Virus record (IMG/VR): IMGVR_UViG_3300029318_000034
Coordinates: 1-36,058 of that record
Strand: one strand, 5' to 3'
DNA: 36,058 nt
Source of the DNA: a virus
Lineage: Duplodnaviria; Caudoviricetes
In this document: positions 29,701 to 33,457 of the stretch, piece after piece
Numbering within the stretch: position 1 is the stretch's first letter
Layout of the letters: every line of letters starts with the position of its first letter
Made by a program: the position numbers and the translations under genes
Notes under the pieces: model-generated
What the model saw: only the letters and a program-made list of their open reading frames with translations
Told to the model about the DNA's origin: nothing
Database searches by the model: none

Positions 29701-30200
29701 TAAATGCTCACAATTAAATGTTGAGCAGAAGGTGGAGAAATTGGAGAAGACTGAGAAGTGAGAGGAAATCTCACCGTAGTTCCATCAAAAGAATCGGCAA
29801 TCTGAGCGAGACCAGTCCATTTAAGTTTTACCTGATCATAGGAAATACCAGGAGTTAATGCAATACTTGGAGAAGACGTAGTATTCTCATAATAAATTAC
29901 CTCGTCACCAATGAGAATTGATCCATTACTGTCAAGAAAATCATCTACACTTTCAACGACAATTTCATCACTTTCTGCACTAATTGCTTCTACAACTTTA
30001 GTAGAACCATCTAAAATATTAATATCCAGTTTATCAATATCAAGATATTGAAGAAAGTTATTAATAATATTTTGACCAAGACCAGTCTTTTCTTGAGACC
30101 TATAATAATACTCAATAAACTTATTGAACAGAGGATATTCTGTCCTTAGGAACTCAGGAGACTGAGAAGCAATAGACTGGGAGACCTTATTAATATTCAT
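11751..30200 (-). CDS. gp7: Giant baseplate wedge initiator gp7-like multidomain protein (6149 aa)
   Basis: Follows gp6. Conserved gp7-type blocks are PEFLRTEYPLFNKFIEYYY at the N-terminus, KDFYSAKGTSFSVSYLFKLLYGENVSISYP (about 28040-28140) and KIQDSYYYQDFSYAVKSSVSIDDWKDILIKNVHPASFKVFGE (about 19460-19590). Accessory YHYH, LamG, propeller-like, helical-repeat and GxGY modules are interspersed. Confidence 0.9.
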   Translation of the reverse strand: MNINKVSQSIASQSPEFLRTEYPLFNKFIEYYYRSQEKTGLGQNIINNFLQYLDIDKLDINILDGSTKVVEAISAESDEIVVESVDDFLDSNGSILIGDEVIYYENTTSSPSIALTPGISYDQVKLKWTGLAQIADSFDGTTVRFPLTSQSSPISPPSAQHLIVSIYGEVLIPNVDYTVDNDNIVFTTAPRTRSLGDDASQTYITFLSGFIESNIISIDDISSDFGNLKKEFKLLRNSNVYEPVADEYLLVVYDNDLLIPKKDFFTDGNTLIFKTAPLNGRSISVLSIEAPIPTFGSGAIGYSRIDDDGQLTSIEISNNGSGYEYRYPPKVSITGENGSGATASALVNGIKSITLLGGGKGYSDTNPPSVVIESPTTAESVQPDLVAVVENGSVSRIDIQNSGSGYTFTPRVSFKQPGGAKLGGVTLSNGSISGTISVLDGGQGYTTIPEVYVDEPLGTNPVKAVFEAVLTDGVVTSINTINAGQGYTTTPRVAIIDPVGAQVLETTVDSNGRVVSIELLSGGSGYDDVPSVYIVDSGDNPGTGAVANASVFNGKITDINISNFGSGYSQTNPPTVIIQDPPQAKSSATIGLNEVTGFSVSNQGSGYEKSKFVGCSRASSGIVKYTESGNAVFSNNTTAQSALVDAEIKCLDSLFVKRLLDKYTEQFLPDVPELDYKKIDVRNAIKTVKDFYSAKGTSFSVSYLFKLLYGENVSISYPKDQITKPSAATWSIDTILRATLVSGDPTNIKDGLLTQDTDIADPNIKAASALIENFISIKTSETDIYELVLSEETIQGTFAVPYKTKLAEPLNTTDSIITVDSTIGWPERNGEFLIGNSELIQYKEKSLNQFIECTRSVNNIVEDWDSATEVTSNFLVYVNKGTSQEVVLSVVGIVDAQQTTLTDTGSYYLSGDKLTVSKLGGTSAKPELTTWLYNVKKLVEVSSITFGGVDNRFATVTCENNHGLLVGDQVTIYGANPILFNGTFLVTSRDSKTVFQYQLPQSAEVVPQGNILVSVDLNKGKSTDTAVLNSIGPYTTNIQNSFFNDNYVYVASTGIPNYNIGPFPGSALLPGNQRKLNRFPLAPQTISVKNNINPGPIGTWVNGTSIWSYKSAITKTFGPITSINIDNAGSDYDAAFPPNITISGGGGSGATGTVTVNGSITEIIVNDGGSGYTSSPLVSIVGGNGSGASATAIVTKGVVSSILMNTNGTGYTSQPTITIVGGGGSGATATASVRGPVKSVTVTNGGESYTSNPTVSLSSGSGAVAQAIVSNGRIISIAIISAGSGYTTAPEITIQGDGFGAVARATIDTDGENAGRVTSIEIVNRGINYIQGTTIINLTSVGSGAKFTPNVFEWTYNLEKTTTLDNSKGSVFSGYNNQYGGEYAHISNPQRLRYILGDNLFENNSGVVLEQEDQITHSPIIGWAFDGNPIYGPYGYTDPTDQSSNVVKLNTSYRLKSTLVQSETNQNPIRSAGPLLSEESAGNFIEDYEYSFGLGDLDQYNGRFCKTPDFPEGRYCYFITIDNTEAGNPVFPYVIGPNFNSIVDSWNLNKDSIQQNIPTGVIRYRDPYENVDIDVDRAPNASTNALTTENGDILLFDIEDENRDGVISQDETDDPDQLFEESPLQLFDYFPKVKFDSKVDIEVETTTKFEDASVTGFIIEDAGKNYQVDDILVFDNSDTSGSGVSARVSRINGETVSSYTFETVQDQFYGVLTTSSPHNLIVNDTVYVDYTPVMDETNKTFVVRQLNGVEEVIIDQTGSGYDSEIPPSIIIDGGGGESAELRANVSSTGSISTVDIVNAGSGYTSNPRVILSHPQVFKKANYYVSLVEHENYVKINDAFVNDQKEVFFCGKTVNANNDEVAFISKFSELGVKEWEKTLESSVGQNYTEFLELNVNGNDIWVVGQNEPNIQSLDAYNPDIILAKYVQAIDGLSATLSFQKGYAGISGSTRSDKITAIERYSDTRYIIGGFTNTNSANPQDAFIASVDSTGDFAAKRKISSASGSEKITDLIVLNDAVYFIMETASTDGAADSKVAFGKAIVGTSVIEIEWIKEINNTTYSFRDTSLVVDEFDEFYISASLALKSDNTVKDSFWVGKLDTSGDLIWNYRYLTPSGNNIQLSSRSTIDIFGDLNIAFTRTNTTSNQKTVDSVKIGYDGKLKKHTNNNFNETRIEGITAHAITVDNSGDPYVFGQTQWNRNEFLCEFASDATDKTGHYTLSTLSATGSDSVKYEGGYAKILGKDATAGRLLTIDTVSGADSSRTEGTYTIGTGDYSTDASGTGATFSVAVNGSGAATVTIVNPGSGYAVNETFTITDARLGGGGGASLTFDAATVSSVGDWVNGAIKVPAASLGTKLNDDWTLEFMLYKDGSNYRSNSQTQYTLLNIGDATDATGGLWLYYDHANGKLELVVTNNTTSINSASGAAQSTATTMYANNSWQFIAVKKEGNVFTAFVNGISAVTATIANTSLSNKDLHIGNIPGKSTTTGQFRSNEQLEGFIDNLRLRNRAVTPTVPSDVDALPPTDTFALTYDWTDDAWFTNNLKRYDYIDYVGFGLKSDKDSDSDRLGSKGPYTNTQLGFVRTAVTPVTGSSLTVTNTGFTLGSQGLQGLDFEDATITMTPDSESLTYNVDEWSSRTATVPSPGSRKLKVSAVVKNRYYMKTTNTIKIDNIQELTINQDFNITVGSKLVLNNTSGAFINSGYVIRTDKDNKKVYLAVNNNAWSNDLNTGRLSTEQFNESSTYGIVGDVPNDVNVITDYVFADKVNTTPGTFNFDLADYNLDKTAASTGNGDLDEFATFKPFNVNDYKVRIVEISGSSSFIPGSVVDITSSDISFNSAKSTAQITNLTGVTKITLISTLDKILQATAVSNTDEVYVITGNRHYLSIGDNVFIDGNPTQQIGATAYDEYDGSFVINTIVSNKEFTYKLPSTALTNPATVPGNVNIFAKSPILKMYYGHQYLFDVSHSSMVGSNLSFSKDNLYKLEYSFNSIERVGTPGVTGEGQPTPTVKLKVDRDFVTNISYYFDPSRTGDTSPIDENSYLDIVDSPYLGTFTITEIAGATITTGAVTFKFLLQNEPEGNANITQTTYTTSSKKSVGSIGDIRLINSGGFYAKLPIITGIQSSRKIERISINEPGTEYAVGTYNGVPINGDGEGGFVSITVADGTDSEGTVIPGQIQSVVITSPGKGYTNASIDIESIEGILGSGLTGSGAEVEVVIPPFGSGAVIFAKGEKVGKIKKLKNNNFGYDYPHDYTLRPEITFPINAQLTSTSILDSITVTDPGSGYSQPPTVIITGGGGSGAIADASIRNGRIESITIKDPGAGYSTAPSIELKSTFNYVVNIDLGLLQFAFPHGIANGSEVTLNVVDTGDGAEFPLSAGATGRLNGTTTYYAITGSANSLENDQMKLAITQANANLGDGLSFVNAGEGRQQLLTTSFGATAEANVITSTFLEGEQVYQGSSLENATAIGYVSTNEGWQIGPRILKIVDYDNIFTEGESVTGVISKSSGIISDINIAKGVLEIGSITKTTGQFIDDIGKPSEIIQKIQDSYYYQDFSYAVKSSVSIDDWKDILIKNVHPASFKVFGELNLEDYAFTANKEVDFELTKSVELSREAVVPNIQNFALAEPIYSEFNNTEVLFRQKRLTSSENILTSVVQRLDDISPLFDGERTQFPLTVNNGDNVIANSNQLLIVLNGVAQTPNTAFEVQGDSIIFAEPPSAPASVKYVSTTISQVSTKNLTMGFTSGIFPNVGNSLVGIVSGARLTVTGVAGDIISGFVTEGTFILNEQCQVGATGFSGTLTEIADVNNNGLFFFGETITNLEGNTAKVEVVNLETGQETPVAELRYGIGSATTSIEVVSATSTTDAPVAANTFTINDNYQLGSEIFTVTAVNNGSESTTLTVTRGVLGTTALSHTEDTPLYSTQIEITNNLILSKTTGTYQSTPGLFDIQLNDYIIGAKSGVVAQVTSTSAYQDPVTNEFIEQVNISEGSSFFGMLFNRLTSISYPNVVIDDISKSQVSIVDFDDNLTAFNSQFPSGESISNNIIVYDNESDDLSDNEFIRNYKLEYSNEVGGIFGTSDEINVRKLTFKNSVGSGFLAEGHVIRTLDTKAYIIGYNQATKTAYLGKIGRCKSTGEDYFDITFNADAQLDTAQKQFGVSSLLLDGTGDYLSIPTSTELGLGTADFTIEAWIRPANVSGAKAIIDFRTTGTEVSPYLYLDGANLKYFVNGSVVITGTTTLAANTWYHVTVSRTSSVTKMFVGGVQDGSNYSDSNNYGTTKPIRIGATVVPGDYFNGHIDEVRVSTTGRYPAAFTAPTSIFQGDTTTKLLLHFDGADAQTYTEDWSGGESLTNGEEFNNDAILATYNANNRTAPVTGFTGKTHRYYDAANLIVANKDFIAKEAVYLLTQQYSSLVIPGGNVNCEDDIRDILDAIAEDMRNGSNSHIWDASALYVDRTANPITISHVDTEVTETVWAYDKVKEILQYIINNVLWTVQGNHGLTQFTDSTLTDSNNNSYTTFTPTGATYDAATGDLVLTIGTNSLTTSSLVALERDSITFTCADDNNDREIAYPDKGNTTAYDKVLAVKARTSTTITVNVGASPVGQRYAHTFVSATANAVKVLNYTTGDCADVYSTISNLLDILTDTLEQANLGTPVDHLASITKVQPAREYQGGTVDAFNEVGFTSSYHNAANDTLYANKIDADSQYRFRDAANLIRSNNSVIVDKAAFDMIQRYPDLSNDMPRNGDGTGAGTLRCKTDMALIVDAIAKDIEFGGNKNTVRAAKFYVDNKNELQHIRLQVWQSVFAHDRLGVYLKEAITGDLTYDNTDNIITGDWGITNDAGGCANVKTAIDNLITTINDIIAPTNNDFNIGGDRLYFNREYISEEITGRSSANSLGLLGTELQYTIANGTFSSHTYTKTTYRTYIEDFIIAAISDLQTGGNNSSIAQMEKFLDFNNEITSINNELYAFFHAHEEIKVLGEKAIKNLLRDNGSSVTGNQYAAAHTNIAAYQDSESPSDIDEVWYRFRDLVDFGLATLFPGDTEAKSVVKNLVYNKNYYKQEIASLVNEQFGSGAWVYDGFVDDIIGNIEYDYLTSNTVDTQTAYTLTFSAFSGTFVVGETVTSGGTTAKVLYTSKSVMVIGSLSGTIFAAGANLTAPSGATATVATGGVSGSHEYYNNYSNVKTLEYAQGLTSLIGQSVDNTNLWTLPEQFDQNWTATLSSVTANNALSPDNTQTAEKVDTTASAGEHFITRAYTLTSFDTFDSTGIKFDSTNDTFDTGSTQSEQRFTSSMFVKKGEYDRVRFTVSLGSGAENAQFSANLTDGTTGNVFATNGINVSDHGMVPIGSGWFRIYMTVTFGFGFSALNTRLSILNSVGSLDHTGIANNGLYVWGAKLTTQPLGTYTSVLGTQFFTNGEYNIKTFAIERLRDFTKRALSDTLVSPSTSATFSKFYDSAVASNYNSDTAMTVIRSSLNIIDDQLSDSEHYTTITENNAISVPTKVYGDRDIPVGISGELVQSDYIYSATSDASAEVQRLTLNEAKVVKVYKRFRIDGDITDGPYTMNETVSKQGDSSVTGVVYGFYEDANYKYLDVEVTGGTWAISDVIVGGANTTTATLSTLENRLHVIDVKGSFVADIPFLGYTSTETAEPVSYTQNNASVVDNTGGRLTVDTGSLIGSFESTSVVYPESSREYLEVTKYAGLDISVGDRIASTGHVRLTVTVDSSLNQFTVGNRLYRIVNGGQDTDVYGIISEYDSNNNYIYYVPVNGSISSNDVIGDYGASGEVLVGRATSSSKTTIAGAASALVQDIQSTSLNRRLYLTDIKGAFTGRDGLRGPDDYRSVIIERKELKARVKRFFKGFDGTQTTFKLTTDNGTQYLPDPAGHMLIFINGVLQPPGSTNAFTAFSDNIQFTEAPELGASFTGFYLGKLRQLDDISFEFDSLRQSFNLKRNDVFYSLTLTDGIQSSTILPENNIIVSINGVLQEPGVGFEIVGSRIIFSEVPRFGSTFVAFSYVGSEADVDSDEVVPPIEAGDFIDIEGEVSDREVAVIESSNSLITFDYLGSVFGQNANATANLTTGSIEKVQVTSGGSGYTSRPTVRLDSISGFDGQVKALVGVAGVTVTNAGSSYENPGVSVATTVPDDWTAPDLSQYGEEVIDPEIL
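23370..23394. repeat. 25-bp exact dispersed repeat, copy 2 (copy 1 at 2505-2529)
   Basis: Direct reading of both sites. Confidence 0.9.
26150..26850 (-). repeat. Protein-level tandem repeats of about 37 aa (GxIxxIxVxxGGSGYTSxPxVxIxGGGGSGAxAxAxV) in gp7; similar arrays at about 28380-29320 and 7790-8230
   Basis: Visible in the translation; the DNA copies are diverged. Confidence 0.85.
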
Positions 30201-30206
30201 CTAACT

Positions 30207-32234
30207 TTAAAAGCAACTAGAATCGTTGATTGAACCAGCGTTTGAAATTGTAGGAATATCAAGAACTACAGGAGTTACATTGAAATCCGTTGGTGTCAAA
30301 CTATTTAGAGGGATTGTAGGAGGGACAATAGTACCAACTGGAGCGACTGTAATGTTTGGTGCAATTACATTAATGATTGTTCCAGGAGTAGCAGCAGGAA
30401 TAGTAGAATTGTTAGCTGGTATGAATACTGTAGGAATTTGAAGACCTGTTGGCAATAAAGTCTCATCTGCAACATCACCAATTCCTGTAGAGTCATCAGT
30501 CACATTTACAGATCCAGTTGGAAGAACATTTGTGCCCGTTGAAATAATATTAACTGGACCAAAACAAACTTCACCAGTATCATAATTTACTGTTCCTGCA
30601 TTATCACTTGTATAAATCTTACGAATACCAGTATTGTAAAATGTTCTAAGATTTCCATATCCATCATCTTCAAACTGTTGATCAACACCAGGTCTATCTG
30701 CTGTTCTAAAAGTTCCTGAAACTAAAACAGGTTCTTTTTTACATGTACCATCACCACTATCTTGACTTGGAGCACTATTATAAAGATTAGATCCAGTAGC
30801 AATACAGTATGTGTTAGTTTGATTGGTATTTGGTTTAATATATTTTAAAATTGTTGTTTGAAGAGAAGTATCCGTAACACACTTATTGGAAAGGGTAATC
30901 GCTTTTTCTAATTGTGCTGCTCTAAAAGTGGAGTTAAAGTTATTAATTTTAGTTTGAGTTCCCCAATCTTTAATCGCAGTATTAATATCACTTTCAATTT
31001 CAGAAGCATTAGATCCACAACCAGTATCATATAACGCAAATACATTCACATTAATATAAACATCATCAGGATCAACAACAACAGGATCAATAGATGCCAT
31101 TGCATAAGGTCTTAAATCAGCAGCAATTTGCTTTTTAGTAGCATCATTAAGATTTGATCCTGTTTTTGTTTTAATTACAACGTAAACCTTTCCATATACG
31201 GGGGGATTTAAAGAATCTCCCCCATATGCAACCACAGATTCTGCATTATCGTAGATATTTCTAGTAATAATTGCATAATCTTGAGCAGTTACTGCTCTAT
31301 ATTGAGCAGAATAATATCTTGGAGCATTGTATTTAATAGACTCTACAGTTTCTGCAATATCACCTTGTTGAGACTTTTGTTTTACAGTAAGTTCAACAGT
31401 AGATGTGTATACTACATCATTACTATCAATGATCTTACCAATAAAGGAAAAAAGACTAACTTGATTTCCCTCTAAACCAGAAGTAACCAAATATTCAAGA
31501 TCAATAACTTCGCCATCTTTTACTGCTCTACCAACACTATCATCACCAAATCTAATCTCATATCGCATATCTTCGGTTTCAGATAAAAAATATGCTCTTG
31601 TTGTTGGTGTTAAATTTGTTATAGTTTGTTCACGACTATAAAGATCAAATTGAGTTGAAGACTCATTTGGTCTCACTTTTACTACTAATGTTGAAATATC
31701 AGCATCTTCAGAAGGAATTTTATATGTTTGTTTTGCAAATGTATTAACAACATACGAAAATGTAACTAAAGATCCTTCGTAGATAGTTACATTATCAAAT
31801 TCGGCAATACCAGTAGTTTGATTTACACTTGCTGTAATATCAGATAAAATATTCCAAATATAAGTACCTCCAGAAGCTATAGAACCTTTCTTTAAAGTTA
31901 CTGTTGTTGGATATGCTCCATTAACTAAATTAGTTTGCACACTAAGTTTTATGCAACCCATAGAACTTTTTATGGATCTTGGAACATAGTTCAACAACTT
32001 AGCAATATTGACCACATTATCTCTTATTGTTGCTGAAGGCAAAAATGCCTCATTCATTGCCATGTTTGCATTGAATGAGGTGTAGTAAGTATTGTACGCC
32101 AATAAGTCAATCAAATATGACAGGGAAGACCCATCAAAATCATAATCACTAAACTCTGTGCGAGTCCTTAGATATGACTTAATAGAAGATTTAATATCCT
32201 CAAAATCTAATGCTGTTAAGTTATTTGGTTGCAT
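30207..32234 (-). CDS. gp6: Baseplate wedge subunit gp6
   Basis: N-terminus LDFEDIKSSIKSYLR...DYDFDGSSLSYLIDLLAYNTYY...NEAFLPSA, plus YEIRFGDD and ESIKYNAPRYYSAQYRAVTAQDY motifs. Start overlaps the gp25 stop (TAATG). Confidence 0.96.
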   Translation of the reverse strand: MQPNNLTALDFEDIKSSIKSYLRTRTEFSDYDFDGSSLSYLIDLLAYNTYYTSFNANMAMNEAFLPSATIRDNVVNIAKLLNYVPRSIKSSMGCIKLSVQTNLVNGAYPTTVTLKKGSIASGGTYIWNILSDITASVNQTTGIAEFDNVTIYEGSLVTFSYVVNTFAKQTYKIPSEDADISTLVVKVRPNESSTQFDLYSREQTITNLTPTTRAYFLSETEDMRYEIRFGDDSVGRAVKDGEVIDLEYLVTSGLEGNQVSLFSFIGKIIDSNDVVYTSTVELTVKQKSQQGDIAETVESIKYNAPRYYSAQYRAVTAQDYAIITRNIYDNAESVVAYGGDSLNPPVYGKVYVVIKTKTGSNLNDATKKQIAADLRPYAMASIDPVVVDPDDVYINVNVFALYDTGCGSNASEIESDINTAIKDWGTQTKINNFNSTFRAAQLEKAITLSNKCVTDTSLQTTILKYIKPNTNQTNTYCIATGSNLYNSAPSQDSGDGTCKKEPVLVSGTFRTADRPGVDQQFEDDGYGNLRTFYNTGIRKIYTSDNAGTVNYDTGEVCFGPVNIISTGTNVLPTGSVNVTDDSTGIGDVADETLLPTGLQIPTVFIPANNSTIPAATPGTIINVIAPNITVAPVGTIVPPTIPLNSLTPTDFNVTPVVLDIPTISNAGSINDSSCF

Positions 32235-32653
32235 TACTCGGGTCTCTGTAAAACAAATTCTATTGTTTCAACAATGGGTAAACCAACTACTTGATATTCA
32301 ATGGATACATTTATTTTATTACTTTCTTCAATTGGAGTAACTTCTACATTTGTAAGACTTACTCTCGGTTCATATTGATTGATAGTTTGTTTAATTTCAT
32401 CAGCAAGTGTATCTACAGTAAAAGCATCTAATGGTTCAAACAAAAGATCCGTTACTGATGAACCAACTAAGGGTTGAAACGGTTTTTCTCCAGGTGCAGT
32501 TAAAATTAAATTTTTTACTGCTTGCTTTATGGAGTTTTCATTACTTACGACAGAGAGATCGTCCGTAAATGGATTTTTAGCAAAATTAATCGCAAAGTCT
32601 TTAAAACTTTTTGATTTTTTAAAATTGTTACCTCCAATCGGTTTTAAAGACAT
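32234..32653 (-). CDS. gp25: Baseplate wedge subunit / sheath initiator gp25
   Basis: SIKQAVKNLILTAPGEKPFQPLVGS...LLFEP...INQYEPRV is the GPW/gp25 signature; gene lies directly upstream of gp6. Confidence 0.96.
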   Translation of the reverse strand: MSLKPIGGNNFKKSKSFKDFAINFAKNPFTDDLSVVSNENSIKQAVKNLILTAPGEKPFQPLVGSSVTDLLFEPLDAFTVDTLADEIKQTINQYEPRVSLTNVEVTPIEESNKINVSIEYQVVGLPIVETIEFVLQRPE

Positions 32654-32679
32654 CTCCCTGACATTACTTCACACAAATA

Positions 32680-32687
32680 TATTTATC
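32680..32687 (-). promoter_or_regulatory. Putative late promoter GATAAATA upstream of gp25, overlapping the stop of the 48-aa gene
   Basis: 7/8 match to TATAAATA, about 27 nt upstream of the gp25 ATG. Confidence 0.65.
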
Positions 32688-32829
32688 GCCCTTGTCCACG
32701 ATAACGCTTTTTAGCATTATTTCGACTAGTTGATGAATATTTTGTGTGTTGTCCAGACCCCTGACGAGTTTTTTTAGGAGTTGATTCAATCATATTGCCG
32801 CCAGTAAGCGACTTTTTCATTTTTGCCAT
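32683..32829 (-). CDS. 48-aa highly basic hypothetical microprotein
   Basis: Below the ORF-track cutoff. Manual translation: MAKMKKSLTGGNMIESTPKKTRQGSGQHTKYSSTSRNNAKKRYRGQGR. The ATG lies 2 nt after the PAAR stop and the ORF fills the gap to gp25. Confidence 0.85.
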   Translation of the reverse strand: MAKMKKSLTGGNMIESTPKKTRQGSGQHTKYSSTSRNNAKKRYRGQGR

Positions 32830-32831
32830 AA

Positions 32832-33455
32832 TTAACCTTTAAGTGTTCCGATAAAAACGTTTTTACTAGATCCTGCGACTGTAGAAGTGCATGGAAATGC
32901 CAAACTTAGATCTCCATAAGGATCTCCAAATCGACCAGCACGCTTCCCTAGAATGAAAACTGTCTTACATGTAGCAAACAGTTTACGAGCGTGCCCTACA
33001 GGTGCTTCACGACCCGCTAATGTACCCTTTGTACACCACCAGGCATTATTGGGTACTGAACCTGGTGGACATCCTTTGGGAATACCAGTATAGTTTACTG
33101 CGTGCATGGTCGTAGTAGGATGTGGAATTAATATATCTTGATCCAAAATAGGAGACAATTGATTAATTCTAACAGTCCTCACTACCGACTCTGCTGCCTG
33201 TTGAGGTGTTGGTGCCCATGATGTGGTTGCATTCATCAGGGTAACAGTTTTGGGTTTAACCTTAATATCTGTATTTGCTGGGATTGTGCATTTTGGTAAA
33301 ATGCCTCCACCGAGTCCTGGGTGATGGGTTGAAGCAGTAGCACTACCCGAAGGTTTAGTTGCTCCTACTGCGGATTCACCAGCACCCTTTTCGGGTGTAG
33401 TACCAACTCCATGACCACTACATGAACCCTGATATATTGCTGCTGCGAATGACAT
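32832..33455 (-). CDS. Expanded PAAR-repeat spike-tip protein (T4 gp5.4-like)
   Basis: PAAR-fold blocks are recognisable: AAIYQGSCSGHG, TVRINQLSPILDQDILIPH, GHARKLFATCKTVFILGKRAGRFGD and CTSTVAGSSKNVFIG. Three His and one Cys occur in the expected metal-ligand order; gene lies upstream of gp25. Confidence 0.8.
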   Translation of the reverse strand: MSFAAAIYQGSCSGHGVGTTPEKGAGESAVGATKPSGSATASTHHPGLGGGILPKCTIPANTDIKVKPKTVTLMNATTSWAPTPQQAAESVVRTVRINQLSPILDQDILIPHPTTTMHAVNYTGIPKGCPPGSVPNNAWWCTKGTLAGREAPVGHARKLFATCKTVFILGKRAGRFGDPYGDLSLAFPCTSTVAGSSKNVFIGTLKG

Positions 33456-33457
33456 AG

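Noticed and set aside
11751-30200. Intein or intron explaining the size of gp7
   Set aside because: No intein splice-junction or homing-endonuclease motifs were recognised and the frame is uninterrupted; the size is explained by structural modules.
30302-30309. TCTAAATA motif about 100 nt upstream of gp7
   Set aside because: Imperfect match inside the gp6 coding sequence in AT-rich DNA; it cannot be distinguished from chance without transcript data.
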